Origin: Octopus sinensis
Lineage: Eukaryota
Direction of reading: 5' to 3'
NCBI RefSeq assembly: GCF_006345805.1
Contig: NC_043005.1
Location: 81,096,001-81,160,000 of the forward strand
Length of the DNA stretch: 64,000 bases
In this document: piece after piece, positions 1 to 13,580 of the stretch
Position numbering within the stretch: position 1 is the first letter of the stretch
How the letters are laid out: each line of letters begins with the position of its first letter
Notes under the pieces: generated by a model
What the model saw: the letters and a program-made list of their open reading frames with translations, nothing else
What the model was told of the DNA's origin: nothing
Databases searched by the model: none
Program-made: the position numbers and the translations under genes

Positions 1-71
1 TATTGATCTAACTCGTCTATAATATTCTTTTTTTATTTTCTCTTTCATTTGTGTGTGTTGTGTCTTATCTA

Positions 72-74
<3 letters not shown>
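1..74 (-). mobile_element. 5' end of a second, truncated copy of the adjacent R4/Dong-like element (continues left of the window)
   Basis: 1-74 closely matches 1621-1697 in the same orientation and abuts the (TTA)n tail of the 131-3181 element. Confidence 0.75.
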
Positions 75-125
<51 letters not shown>

Positions 126-130
126 ATTAT

Positions 131-3100
131 TATTCAGTAGTTTTATTTTTATAGCGTGCTCTCACTTCACCACCGAGCGCAGCTCTGTGTGCCTTGGGTA
201 TGTGCTGTGATTTGTTGTGATGCTCTGATGGTTATTGTATGGAAAGTGTTCTGCGTAGGATGTGTGCAGTGCCTAGTAGTGCAATTTTCTGTATGTTATA
301 TGTGTTTGTAAGTCCTGGTGTTTTTGTTATGTATTTGTCTGAATATTTTTTATCATGCCTAATGTACCTCCTATGATAGTAATTGTTTCTGTTTAAAGAT
401 TCCACATTCTTGTTACCTCTATTTCCAGGTCTTTATATTTTGAGAGTTTCTCCATTTCTTTTAGAGACACGTTGTCATCTGCCGGTATTGATACATCAAT
501 TAGAAAGCATTTTTTTTTCTTCATGTCTCTGACAACTATATCTGGTCTCTTGGCCTTAATTTCTCTATCTGTGTGCATCATACTCTGGGATATTGGCATA
601 TCCCAGACTATGATTGCTTTCTCTTTTCTGTGACCTTTTCTGGTGTGTGCCTATACCATCTTTTTTCTGTTGTTATTCCATAATGTTGGCATAGCTTCCA
701 ATGTATGTAGGTTCCAACTCTGTCATGTCTGTGAATATATTCCTTCTTAGACAGGACTGGGCAGCTAGAGATAATATGATTCATTGTTTCTTGTCCATCT
801 CCACATATTCTGCAGTTACTTGTTATATTTCTTTTCATTACATGTTTTTGGTAATTTCTGGTGGGGAGGCTTTGGACTTGAGCTGCAATTAAAAATCCCT
901 CTGTTTCTGCTTTGAGTCCTGAGCTTCTCAACCATTGCTGGGATTTTTCTTTGTCTATTTCTTTTGCGTTTAGTTTAATCCAGTATTTACCATGAAGGGG
1001 CTTTTCTTGCCATCGTTTTATCATGGTTCGTTGCTGTTCTATTTTTAGTTTGGATTTCATTTTTTTATGCTTTTGTTGTTTCGTTCTTCTTTCATCCACT
1101 TCTTTCTTCTTCTTCTTCTTCTTTCTTCTTCTTCTTCTTCTTCTTCTCTTCTTCTGCTTCTTCTTCTTCTTCTTTTCTGTCTTCTGTCTTCTTTCTTCTT
1201 CCTTCTTCTCTGTCTTCTTCTTTCTCTTCTTCTTCTTCTTCTTCTTCTTCTTCTTCTTCTCTCTTCTTCTTCTTCTTCTTCTCTTCAGTTTTTGTTTTGC
1301 TCGTGTTTTGGCCGCTATGTGTATTTTTTCCTTCCTTCTGAGTAGATATTTTTTTTGCAGTCCTATGGTGGTTATTTTATAGTAGTTTTCCAGCTCTATA
1401 AGGCCTCTACCACTTCTATATGTTGTATCTATATAATAGTCTTTCTATGTCAGATTTTGGTATGCATCCTAGATCCTGTCATTATTTTTCTTGTTTTCCT
1501 ATCTATTTTGGTCATTTCATTTAGTGTCCAGTTAAGGATATTGTAGCTGTAACTTATAACTGGGACAGCTAAAGTGTTAATACCTATTATCTTGTTTTTA
1601 GCATTGAGCTCTGTTTTTAGTATTGATTTAACTGCGTCTATAATATTCTTTTTTATTTATTTTCTCTTTCATTTGTGTGTGTTGTGTCTTATCTAGTTCA
1701 TGGATTCCTAAGTATTTGTAAGTTTGGCTTTGGTCTAATTCTTTTATTTCATTGGTTTTATCTAGTGTGATGTTGCTACTCTTAACTAGTTTTTCCTCTT
1801 TTCATGGTTCGACTTTTGTGCATTTTTCTATCCAATTTCATATCTATTTCTTTGGTAATCCATAAACTGTAATAGTGTTTCCAGCTGTTTGTCATTTGCA
1901 GCGTATTTTTTAGGTCATCCATATATAAAAGGTGTCTGATCGTTTTGCCGTAACATTTATATCCGATCCAGTTCTGTTTAGCATATCAGATAGAGGTGAC
2001 AGTGCCAAGCAGAAAAGAGTGGAGAGAGCGTGTCTCCCTGGAATATTCCTCTTCTAATGGGGAATGGCTTTGGTTTTCATGAGTCCCTCTTTTGTTTGGA
2101 GCTGTAGCACTGTTTGCCATTATTCATAGAGTGCCCTATGAATTTTATAATTGTTTGGTGCTACTTTGTGTTAGGGGCTATTGTTTCGAGGATCCATGTG
2201 TGGGGGATGCTATCAAACGCCTTTTTGTCGTCGATCCAGGCCATACTGAGGCCTTTCTTCTTTCTGTGGCTGTCTTCAGTTATGGCTTTATTAATCATTA
2301 GTTGATCTTAACAGCCATATGAGCCTTTGCGGCATCTTCTCTGCTCTTCTGGGAACAGGTTGTTTTCGTCCAGGTGCTTGTTCAACCTTTCCGATATCAC
2401 TGCAGTAAATGCTTTGTACATTGTAGGGAGACAGGTTATTGGTCTGTAGATTTCTGGCTTTGCTGTCTCATTTGATTTTGGAATTAAGATCGGTTTCCCC
2501 TTCGCGAGCCATTCAGGCATTGTCTCTAGCTCTGCTAGTATGTTGTTAAAGTTTTCAGCTAGCTTTTTGTGCATTCCTGTTAGATATTTCAACCAGAAGT
2601 TGGGGATCTTGTCATACCCAGGTGCCTTCCAGTTGCTTAGTCTTTGCAGTGCCTGGGTGACCTCTTCAGTTGTCATGGGGGTCCAAAGTTGCTCAGATGC
2701 TGAGTTTGTTGTTTTTTAATACTCCTTTTTTTTGTTGTTCGTTCGCCACATATTTCTCTCCAAATTCTTCCACTTTTTCTGCCGTTGGTGCTGGCAGTGA
2801 TTTCTATTTTATTTTTGCCAAGTTCTTGGTAGAACTTTTTGGGGTTGGGGTTGAACTTTTTGTTTGTTCAAAGAAGCGCTGGGTTTCTCGTACCGGCGAA
2901 TCCTTTGTGAATTGGCAGGATATCTTGCTTCAGCTTTCTTATATCTCAGGTAAATTTTTTCTGTGATGGTATTTGCGGAGTATTTTTGTTTTCTTTTTGT
3001 TGCTCAGTAGCGTTGATTGTCTATTGATTTCATTAAGAATCGACAGATCTTTTCTCATTTTTTGTATTTTGTTTTGGATGTTATTTATCCACAGGGTTTG

Positions 3101-3181
3101 TTTGGGTGGTGGTACTCCTGTTTGGGTGGGTTTGAGTGAGTATCCAGCTTCTTTTGTGGCTGCAGTGGCTGCTGCGTGTAC
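131..3181 (-). mobile_element. R4/Dong-like RLE non-LTR retrotransposon, 5'-truncated, frameshifted
   Basis: RT start KAPGYDKIPNFWLK...YRPITCLPTMYK (2308-2676); CCHC knuckle CRICGDGQETMNHIISSCPVL plus RHD (608-1099); RLE RPDIVV...LIDVSIP...KYKDL (393-599); (TTA)n on both sides (75-130, 3182-3270). Confidence 0.92.
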
Positions 3182-3202
3182 TTATTATTATTATTATTAT
3201 TA

Positions 3203-3270
<68 letters not shown>

Positions 3271-3805
3271 GAGTGAGAAGCAGTGGATGCCATCAAAGTG
3301 ACACTGGGGTAAAATATACGAAGCCCAGTGTACCCATCATGACTACCCGTTTGATAAGGGTACACCAGGCACATGCATCACAACCATACATGCGCGACAT
3401 GGTGATCTCATATCAAGATAAACAGCACATGACCTTGCAGGTGAGGCCCAGTTAGAAATTTCGTCTGCTCGAGTAACCTGAATAATGACTGTTTAGGGAT
3501 GTTGACTGAAACACCCATGTTTCCAAGGGTGAATTATCCAAACCCCAAAGAATCCCTCTCAACACATGGCTATGATGCTCTCCCACAACCTCTGCTTGTG
3601 ATCAGAGATGCCCATATCATCAGCCACTAAGGTGCATGGTCAACTGGTTAAGGTCAAACAACTGACAGGCAAATCTGTGGTACTGAGCAGAATATTTGCT
3701 GTGCCCATCTTTTATACCAAGACAAAACAATGTACATGACAACACTTCCCATCAGTTAAGATCAGAAGCCATGAGAGCCACTGTCTGGTACTGCATCAGC
3801 GCAGT
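3271..3805. mobile_element. ~550-bp non-coding TAA-embedded repeat, copy 1
   Basis: Reverse-complement match to 17731-18272 and 25927-26482 with the same two ends; flanked by (TTA)n and (ATC)n/(ATT)n. Confidence 0.85.
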
Positions 3806-3888
3806 CATCATCATCATCATCATTATTATTATTATTATTTTTATTTTTATTATTATTATTATATATTTTATTTTTTTTATTATTATTA

Positions 3889-3937
<49 letters not shown>

Positions 3938-4040
3938 TCTTATTATTATTATTATTATTATTATTGTTGTTGTTGTTTTTATTATCATTGTTGTTGTTGT
4001 TGTTGTTGTTGTCCTCGTTGTTGTTGTTTTTGTTTTTGTT
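3806..4040. repeat. compound (ATC)n/(ATT)n/(GTT)n microsatellite
   Basis: Direct reading. Confidence 0.95.
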
Positions 4041-4042
4041 GT

Positions 4043-4418
4043 GGAGACGCAATGGCCCAGTGGGTAGGGCAGCGGTCTCGCGTTCGTGGGATTAGGGTTT
4101 TGATTCCCAGACGGGGCGTTGTGAGTGTTTTTTTTAGCCAAAACACCCAAAGCTCCACGAGGCTCCGGCAGGGGTAGTTGGGGAACCCTGCTGTATTCTT
4201 TCACCACATCTTCCTCTCACTCTTTCTTCCTGTTTCTGTTGTACTTGTATTTCAAAGGCCCAGCTTTGTCACACACTGTGCCACGCTGAATCTCCCTGAG
4301 AACTACATTAAGGTTACACGTGACTGTGGAGTGCTCATTCACTTACGCGTTAATTTCACGATGAAGCTGTTCCGTTGATCGGATCAACTGGAACCCTCGT
4401 AACCGAAAGAGTGCCACA
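4043..4418 (+). mobile_element. tRNA-derived SINE, family C
   Basis: A-box-like TGGCCCAGTGG and B-box-like TTTGATTCC; full homolog on the minus strand at 63540-63915. Confidence 0.8.
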
Positions 4419-4432
4419 ATTATTATTATTAA

Positions 4433-4518
<86 letters not shown>

Positions 4519-4575
4519 GTAGTAGTAGTAGTTGTAGTAGTAGTAGTGTTAGTAGTAGTAGTAGTAGTAGTTGTT

Positions 4576-4629
<54 letters not shown>

Positions 4630-4640
4630 ATTGTAGTCCT
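4419..4640. repeat. compound (ATT)n/(ATC)n/(AGT)n microsatellite
   Basis: Direct reading. Confidence 0.95.
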
Positions 4641-4989
4641 GGTACTACTCTATTTCTGCTACTGCGACTAAAAATATTATTTTAATATTTTTGCTGATTC
4701 TGATATTATTATTTTCGTTTCCGTTAGTAGTTTAGTAGTTGGTAACAAGAATTAAAACATTTAAAATTATTTTAAATGTCTGCAGTAATTCTAGAGGGGA
4801 AATGGCAAAATTTCATTTGCAAGAACAAAAGTAAAAAAAACAACACAAAAATTACATTTAAAATAAACAACTGCTTTTCGTAGTCATTAGTTTGCATTAA
4901 TGGCAGCGTAAAAGGGAGGCGTAGCGAAGCAAACGTAGAAATATATTTGAAGATAAACATACATACATATGCAAGTATGTTCGTATGAT

Positions 4990-5064
<75 letters not shown>

Positions 5065-5173
5065 AATTTACCCCGGAGTAAACACATAAATGTGAAACAA
5101 GGTGGGAAAAAAGTGTACTCAAATACCAGTGGTAGAGTAATATGCTTTATTTAAAGCAGCAGAAAATTCAACA

Positions 5174-5219
5174 AAATCTGTTACTCTGAGTTTCTCGTTG
5201 CCGTTCATCAGACAGTTTT
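5174..5219 (-). ncRNA. minimal type-I hammerhead ribozyme motif
   Basis: Minus strand reads CUGU-CUGAUGA-ACG GCAA CGA-GAAA-CUC A GAG-UA-ACAG. Stem I CUGU/ACAG, GUA cleavage triplet, A.A mismatch at the base of stem II. Confidence 0.7.
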
Positions 5220-6161
5220 TGCTAGAGTATATAAATATATAGAATATATAAATGTATATATAAATGTATGCATATGTATGTGTGTGCGTATACATATTTA
5301 TATGACTACACGTATATATACCCACCCACGTATATATATATGTGAGTGTGCGTGTGTGTATGTGTCTGAAGGGAAACTAACCATGAGAGGGAGTACTAGT
5401 ATTACAGTTTGCTTATTATTTGGTCGGAATCAACATTTGGCGGGGCGCAAAACTCATCTACAAAGCAAAAAAATAAGCAAATGGGCTATGCTTATTAAAT
5501 ATTTTGTTAATTCACCCTACGCTACTTCCATTCACAAAAAATATTATAAGTTATATAAACTACATAATCCAGTTGCATTGTCACATCTACCTTAAAAAAA
5601 AGCTTATCTCACTTTCTGAATTGTGCTGGATTGTTGGCAGTTCGTTAATTTTATCGAACCCCAAAATAATATTTACTTATGAATAATAAGAAGATTTTTT
5701 TAATGATCAGACGACATTAAGGTTACAGCTGAAGAAAATGGATTGATTTCAGCTCAACTCAAATATTCTATGTACCTTGTAAATAATAGTTTAAGAGCTT
5801 TTGTAACAACAGTAGATTTTAGAGCTTTTGTAACCATTGGCCCCAGGAGACCTCACTAGTTGTGATTCCACGAATCTAAAATCTCAGCGCATAAAATAAA
5901 AGCTGCGTGATTCATTTAGCAATGTCTCTTTCGTATCTACGGCAGTTATTAAAACATTTGCGTGGGTTGAATTAGAGAAAGAATTCTAGCTGTAATGTAC
6001 AGTTATGTCTTTCCACACATAACTATCCAGAGTTCGACTTGCTTCAAATATAGCATGTCCAAATTTCGAATTACTTCAACAAAAGTTTAAGACTATGCCT
6101 CCCAATATTTCGTTTTTGTATTTGGTTTGCATTCTTTATGAGTTCGTGTGAGTTGGCGTGT

Positions 6162-6413
6162 GAAGCCTATTGTTGTGTCTGGGGAGAGTCATTGTCTATT
6201 TTGTGCCTTAAATGTACACATACTCACCGGTAAAATTTCCACTTTTTTCTTATTTTTATTTTCCTAAAATTTTCGTATTCAAAAGTTTGCTAGACGCAAA
6301 GAAAATTTTAGGAAAATCAAAATAAGAAAAAAGTTGAAATTTTACCGGTGAGTGTGTTACATCATAAGGCACAAAAGAAAATGACTCTCCCCAGACACAA
6401 CAGAATATGCCTC
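6162..6413. repeat. inverted repeat, ~113-bp arms and ~26-bp spacer, probable PLE-type remnant
   Basis: 6162-6274 is the near reverse complement of 6301-6413; a same-family end fragment lies at about 12246-12268. Confidence 0.8.
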
Positions 6414-6879
6414 TCAAATTATACCGATATGCTGCTTCAGAAATCTAATGTTAATACAAGTTGTTGCGTTTTACAGACAATCACAAAATCAATATCTCAC
6501 AGCAGTCGTCTACCTTCTACCGTCATTTCTTTTTATTTTATTAGAGTGATACAAATCATTGCTGAATCATCGAGAATTGAAACCTGAATGTAAAAGGCCG
6601 AAGCTAAATACCACAAGGCGTTTTATAAGAAGTCTCAGAGATTTCACCCAACGACCGTCTCACGTGCGCAGGTATAGAAATCGTTCATTATTTGCGTGTT
6701 GTGGCAGTCTGGATAACTTTGAAATAGAGAATAAGATATCAAGAAAGCTGGATGAAAAGGAATTGAAAGATTCATTGTTAATTTTAAATAAGATTGGTCA
6801 GATCAATGGTGCCTACATTGCTGAAAGCGAGAATAACGTTGACTGGAGAAATAAGATATCTAAAGAATAGAATACTACA

Positions 6880-7520
6880 TGACATAAAATGAAATCGAAG
6901 AGAGAAAGCATTCTAAACAGTATCTCATTCACGAGGGAGATGCATTGAAAATAACTATTCTAGAGGAATATGGAGGAATGATAAAAAAAGAAATAAAAAA
7001 AGGCTTTGGTGACAATAGACCATATATTAAAATCTTTGCACGCAAAGCTGAAAATACAGCGAGAGTATTTGATATGCTTTTTATGTAGAAGGTAACTAAA
7101 TTCTATAATACTTCTTGAGCTGGACTGTGGAGAGATAAAGAAAATGAAAGTAGTGTTACTAATAAATCTAGAAGAAGGTGATAGAAATATACTCCTGCAG
7201 TTACCGTATCAAATTGGCGAAAGTTGTTAAATGAAATATATATTTAAATATAGTAAATGTAGTAAATATGTAAGATTTTCCTATTACTATTGAGAAAACC
7301 GAGAACATTGAGATTAAAGGAGGAGCACAATTGTCAAGAACAAGGTGTATAACAAAGGAGGAAATAATTTCAAAGGAACTAATGAAGAAAGACGTATTTT
7401 GGAATATGTGAATCAATGGCCATAATTTTAAAAATCTGTCTTGAACCTGCGCCAAACCTCGAAGTGTTTTAGAGAAACGAAAGCAATATTGGGAATAGCG
7501 TTTTTCATGAACTAACATTA
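6880..7520 (+). mobile_element. highly degenerate LINE-like fragment (pre-RT region)
   Basis: Weak ITKEEI...K...NG.NFK-like motif among many stop codons. Confidence 0.3.
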
Positions 7521-7559
7521 AATCTTTGAAATCTTATTTCTCAGCAGATTTTAAGTAGT

Positions 7560-8500
7560 ACTGCATTTGCAGGCAAATAATGGGCTCCACGTTGAAGCAA
7601 CGTGCCAATATAGAGTACTTGACGAAAGTGGAGACAAGCTATCTAGCATCCATAGAAAGTTGAAAGTATTTTTACCGAGATAACGCTGTTTACAACAGTA
7701 TGCACATTCGAATAAATAAGGGAAGACCAAAATAGAAGACAAATTTTCGCATTGGGGCACTATCAACATATGATGTGAATCCCCAAGGCATATCGAACTC
7801 TTTCGCCCAGATAATCTGTGATATTTCTATTAACTTTTGAACATTAGGACTGCGATCACTGTGAGTTACAAAACAGAGTGGAATTGCGTGAGTATCAGAA
7901 AGTGAGCGAAAGTGGGTGCCCCGTGAGTTGACACTCGATTTGCGGGAGAGAAGCCAATTTAGAAACGATTATTTTTCCGATTTCATGGCAGGGCTTAAAA
8001 CTGGAGTGTATCCTTGTGAGCAAAAGAAATTTTGCTCTATGTTGTGATGACACATCTCTTTTCGAGAACCAGCATTCAGAGCAGAATATCATGTTGAATG
8101 CTTGTTGAAAGTTCAATGCTTTCATTTTCTTTGATGGTGTGGCACATCGCGACTCATAACGCTTGAAGTAATCATTTAGAGGAAGAAACCGATCATGAAT
8201 ATGAAATGGATCTAGGCATAACGCCTGACCGCATTTATATTCCAACACAAATGAGACAATCTGAAAATATGACTGGTCACGATTGGCGCATCAAACATGC
8301 ACTCTGAACCTGGCGGTATCCGACTTCCACTTGTTTTGTCCAATGATGGACAGTGATCCAGGACAATTATTTGGTGAAGCAGGTGAAGGAAACTGAAATT
8401 AGGAAATTAGTGCTACACAGCAAATCTGGAAGTTTTCGAAGACGTTTCAAGATTGGGGATCAACTATTGGGAAAATGCATAGCTTGTGATAGGGACCTAG
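7560..8500 (+). mobile_element. degenerate mariner transposase
   Basis: KWVPRELT (WVPHEL motif) near 7910; DLAVSDFHLF-like (YSPDLAPSD motif) near 8305-8340; C-terminal ..GKCIACD.. near 8470. Confidence 0.75.
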
Positions 8501-9104
8501 AGAGTCTAATCACAAAATAAAAACACTTTAAATAACAGAGATACATTCCTTGAGACTGGTCAGAAATTGATCAGATTGAGAACAACTGCAATATGGTGCT
8601 GGTCAACATCACTACAATACGCTATATTATTCAAACACTAGCTGCACCCCTGACTTATAGTCTATACTCTGTAAGCAATATCAAATGTAGAGAACTTGAC
8701 CGGAAAATACCAATATCATATTATTTTACTGCAATAACTCAACCCAAAAACTTATACGCGCTCACAGAGAGTGAGAAAGAGAGAGAGAGAAAGAGAAAGA
8801 GTGGGGAGAGCAATATTCATATCCACTGATCAAGAAAGATAGAGAGTTAGTATTTATCATGGCTAATTGAGAGGTATCTATATTTGTTCAGTGAAGTAAT
8901 TTGGATTAACTATCGAAAATGGTTTCCCATTCAGATGGAGATTTTGACAATAACGGCCAGAGAGATATTCGAGTGATTAATTGAGTGCAGCGTTGTGTCA
9001 GTTTCTATTCTGCTAAGATCAGTTTCAATGTGATTGAAAAGTGAGGGGACGTGCCACTAAATCCCCTGTTAAAAATCACTTGACTGAATGTGCGTAGAAC
9101 GCTT

Positions 9105-9360
9105 TTGTAGTAGTAGTAGTAGTAGTGGGAGCAGCAACAGTAGCAATAGTAGTAGCAGCAGCAGCAGTAGTATTAGTAGTGACAGCAACAGCAGCAGCAG
9201 CAGCAGCAGCAGAAGAAGAAGAAGAAGAAGAAGAAGAAAGAAGAAGAAGAAGAAGAAGAAGAAGAAGAAGAAGAAGAAGAAGAAGAAGAAGAAGAAGAAG
9301 AAGAAGAAGAAGAAGAAGAAGAAGAAGAAGAAGAAGAAGAAGAAAAAGAAGAAGAAGAAA
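9105..9360. repeat. (AGT)n/(AGC)n/(GAA)n microsatellite
   Basis: Direct reading. Confidence 0.95.
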
Positions 9361-9524
9361 GGTGGAGGAGGTGTGGGAGGAGATGGATAACTTGTAATAT
9401 TCGTGCTGCTAAATCGTTAGAAGCACAAAGCTGTTGGTAACAAATGCAACATTTTCCTGTACAGTGCCATCTAACATTTTAGTTGCTGCACAAAAAAGAG
9501 AAAACCCCTGAGACGCTAAACGAT

Positions 9525-9660
9525 GATGTTTCAGCACTTATTCTTTGTAAGCCCGGCACTTATTCTATCGGTCTCTTTTGTCGAACCGCTATGTTAGGAG
9601 GAGGTAAATGCACTAGCATCAGTGTCAAGCGATGGCGATGGTGGAACAAACACAGACACA
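9525..9660 (-). mobile_element. SINE family A, 3' fragment
   Basis: CTTATTCTATCGGTCTCTTTTG..GAACCGCT is shared with 22885-23455 and 29040-29275. Confidence 0.7.
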
Positions 9661-9784
9661 AAATAGATACATGCATATACAATACATACATATACATACA
9701 TCATACATACATATATATATATCTATATATTATATATATATATATATATAATATATTATATATATATATATAATATATATATAG

Positions 9785-10325
9785 TTTCTTACAGAAAAAT
9801 GCTTCATAAAAAAAGGGCAGCATATTTAAATACCTTTAAAGGTTTAAAATTATAAACAACTTATAAACAAGGGCAAAAGAAAATTATTTCTATGCTAACA
9901 TGCTGATAACAGACTTTTAAATCGTCAATTTCCACATAATATTATATACCCACCACAGAAATACGTTGATGCTGAAATCGGGGAAAGCTGGCCAAAAGAA
10001 TTTTAAACAAAAAAGTTCGTTATTTCTATATTGAATCCAGTTCGGAATTAATCCCATAATAGATTTTTTCCTCGTCAGTAGAAAATACGAATAGAAATAA
10101 ATGAAATACCAACAAGCACCCATGGAAAAAAGCCGAGACAAAAGTCATGAGTACACATAAGTACCCCAGATATATCTAAGTATAAAAACCTTTGGTTAGC
10201 CTCAGTACATTTGTGAACTGTTCTCCACCACAGATTATAGTGGTTACCAGTCCGTATAGCGAATAATAATAAATCGCCTACAAATATAGGATGAAGTTTT
10301 TTTACAGAAAAACTTCATCAAAGAT
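9785..10325 (+). repeat. unclassified interspersed repeat (family X)
   Basis: Diverged reverse-complement homology to 13808-14535, for example the ATACCTTTAAAGG, CCCATGGAAAAA and AAGTACCCCA blocks. Confidence 0.6.
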
Positions 10326-10327
10326 AT

Positions 10328-10401
<74 letters not shown>

Positions 10402-10404
10402 ATT

Positions 10405-11300
10405 TATAACAAATATACAACTGGGGCTGAAAAGAATAGCATGCAGTTCAATGCTGAAAAGTTTCAAGCTTTATACTATCAGCATGCAAAACTAAATGCA
10501 ATACCCAATAAATACACTGGACCTGGAGGGATTGCAATCCCAGAGGCACAATCAGTGCGAGACCTGGTTATTTACATGTGCATGTTGCTAAATTGGCAAT
10601 GAAATGTAGGCGGCTGATCGGATGGATTCTTAGAACGTTTAGAACAAGAGACAAGTAAACCATGATGGTCCTCTGGAGGACACTTGTCCGAAGCCACTTT
10701 GACTATTGCTCTCAGCTATGGTCACCATCCGGTGTCAAGTTAATCACATAACTTGAGGCGATCCAACGAAGCTACACGAAGAAGATAGCTTCTGTGCAAC
10801 ATATAAGCTACTGGGAAAGACTCAAGAGATTAAGACTTTATTCCTTAGAGCGTAGGCGAGAATGATATGCCATAATATACAGCTGGAAGATCCTAGAAGG
10901 ACTTGTCCCAAACTTTGGCATCGAGAGTTACACAAATGCTAGAACTGGGCGCCACTGCATGGTGCCAAGGACTCCAAATTTACCATCAAGATGTAGGACA
11001 AGATACTGTGATAGCCTGGGCTTCAGAGGCCCACAGCTCTTCAATAACCTCCCGAAGAACCTGAGAGACCTTAATGGGGTGGATGCAGATGTCTTTAACA
11101 TAAAATTGGATCTCTTCTTGTCAGGTGTCCCAGATGAACCAACTTCACGGCAGGAGGTGCAGATGAGGGCAGCTGCATCGAACTCTCTCATGCACCAAAT
11201 GGCAATTGCTAAAAAGCATTCGTGAAGTAAAATCATGTAGCAACACCAAATGGTGGTGCCCCAACATGGCCACATTCGTGAGCTGAAACTAGATAAATTT
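10405..11300 (+). mobile_element. CR1/L2-group LINE, 3' fragment
   Basis: RT thumb and C-terminus: MQFNAEKFQ, RSHFDYCSQLWSP, LRLYSLERRRE, WKILEGLVPN, FNNLPKNLR, VPDEP; A-rich tail near 11300. Confidence 0.85.
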
Positions 11301-11344
11301 AAAAAAAAAAAAAAGAAATATATATATATATATATATATATATA

Positions 11345-11492
11345 CGACGGGTTTTTTCAGTTTCTGCCAACCAAATCCACTCACAAAGATTTGAAGCAGA
11401 GGACACTTGCTCAAGGTGCCACACAGTGGGACTGAACTCAAAACCATGTGGTTGGGAAGCAAGCTTCTTACCACACAACCACCCCTGCGCCT
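11345..11492 (-). mobile_element. SINE family A, tRNA-like head
   Basis: Reverse complement gives GGCGCAGG..GTGTGGTAAGAAGCTTG...GTTCAGTCC, then CACCTTGAGCAAG (CORE-like). Confidence 0.8.
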
Positions 11493-11730
11493 ATGTTAAT
11501 ATTGTTTATGTTTTGTGGTGTTCGATGTCTAATAGTTTTATGTGAAATATCACTGCATTCTGCATTACAGAAATGAGAAATATTTCCTTCGACTGGAGTT
11601 CTGTATTTTTAATCTAGGTTTATTGAAAATCTGGTTAGTATGTATATCTAATATAAATCGAATGCTAATCATATGTAGATTAAATCAACAACAACAACAA
11701 CAAAATCTGTCTGGAAACTGAAGAAATGAG

Positions 11731-11821
<91 letters not shown>

Positions 11822-12106
11822 TATATGAATATATAGTTTGATAGGTATAAAAGAAATAGTTCGGAAGAACAGAAATGAAGTATAAAAAAATAATGCCCTT
11901 GTTGTGATGGAAATGAAACAAACAAGTGGAAAATGTTTACTGTAGGTTTTTTAAATATTTTTGACAACCAGTAAATATAATTTACATATGGAAAGAAATT
12001 CGTTTAGGTACGACTGAGACTGAACGTATAATATTATTTTTTCGTTCAGCAGATTGCATTCACAAATTAGGAAAGTATTAGAGTTTTTTCTGATTTGTAA
12101 TCTCTG

Positions 12107-12188
<82 letters not shown>

Positions 12189-12322
12189 GTATAAGTATAT
12201 ATATGTATATATATATTTGATTTTGGATTTGGCTTCCAAGTTATAGACTCTCCCCAGACACAACAGAATATATATATAATATAGTATATAAACATTGTAT
12301 ATATTTATATTTATATATGTAT

Positions 12323-12385
<63 letters not shown>

Positions 12386-12515
12386 ATATACATATATTGT
12401 TATATTTCGGAATGGTCATTTTGCCAGTTTAACCAATAAAAACACTCGCACTATATATTTGGTGTTATTTTGCTAGAGTGTTATTTATTTTTTACATTAA
12501 TCTTAATCTTATTTC

Positions 12516-12560
12516 GGCCAGAGTTCTTTCGTCACACTCCTGTGACCGCATCAGTGGTCC
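12516..12560 (-). ncRNA. hammerhead-like motif with A9C core variant (left arm)
   Basis: Minus strand: GGACCA-CUGAUGC G-GUCAC aggagu GUGAC-GAAA-GAAC-UC-UGGCC. Confidence 0.55.
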
Positions 12561-13535
12561 TTTGTTTTTTCTTTCTTATTTGTGTCTCTCCTTACTAACC
12601 GTCAGCCATTTTGTATGTCTTCATTTGCGCATGCTTATATCTCTATGTGCGTCTATGTTTATTTAGTGTGTGTATGTGAGGGGATGCCTGTAATATTTGT
12701 ATCTTCTGTTTATATACGTTCATGTAATTTTGTATTTTGTTTTTGTTGTTGTTGTTTTTGTTTATTCTTTTTTTCTTCATGTGTTTACATCCACTTATCA
12801 ATATCATATTCTTGTATGTATGTATGTATAACAACAATACTAGTAATAATAATAATAAATCGAATCGAAAAAAAACAAATATATATATAATGTTCATAAA
12901 TAAACATTGGAGACAACACAAGGAAGGTAAAAGATCATCCTTTCTGTACCAACACGCCGAACAGGAACACGGGGGATCAATCAACAATATAGAAATTAAA
13001 ATATTGTCCACACATAGAACAGATGCAACAATCAGACAAATTACAGAAGCTACACATATAATTGAAAATAAACCTAGCCTGAATAGAGAACTAGAATGGA
13101 GCACTAGCACACTCCACAACATATGACGATAGAGGATCCCGAAAACATAATAAATACACAGATAAATAAACAAATAGAAATAAATAACTATATATATATA
13201 TTTTTCGATTCGACTTATTATTATTATTATTACTAGTATTGTTGTTATACATACTACATACATACAAGCATATGTAATGATAATAATAAGTGGATGTAAG
13301 CACATGAACAAAATAAGAATAACAAAAAACAACAAAAAAACAAAAACAAAATAAAATTACATGAACGTATATAAACAGAAGATACAAATATTACAGGCAT
13401 CCCCCCACATACACACACTAAATAAACATAGACGCACATAGAGATATAAGCATGCGCAAAATGAAGACATACAATAGAAATACAAAATGGCTGACGGTTA
13501 GTAAGGAGAGACACAAATAAGAAAGAAAAAACAAA

Positions 13536-13580
13536 GGACCACTGATGCGGTCACAGGAGTGTGACGAAAGAACTCTGGCC
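13536..13580 (+). ncRNA. hammerhead-like motif with A9C core variant (right arm)
   Basis: Identical to 12516-12560, on the ORF sense strand. Confidence 0.55.

Noticed and set aside
4043-4120. tRNA genes at SINE heads (also 16880, 25809, 27067, 47650, 63840)
   Set aside because: Each continues into a repeat body and lacks a clean cloverleaf or acceptor stem, so they are SINE heads.
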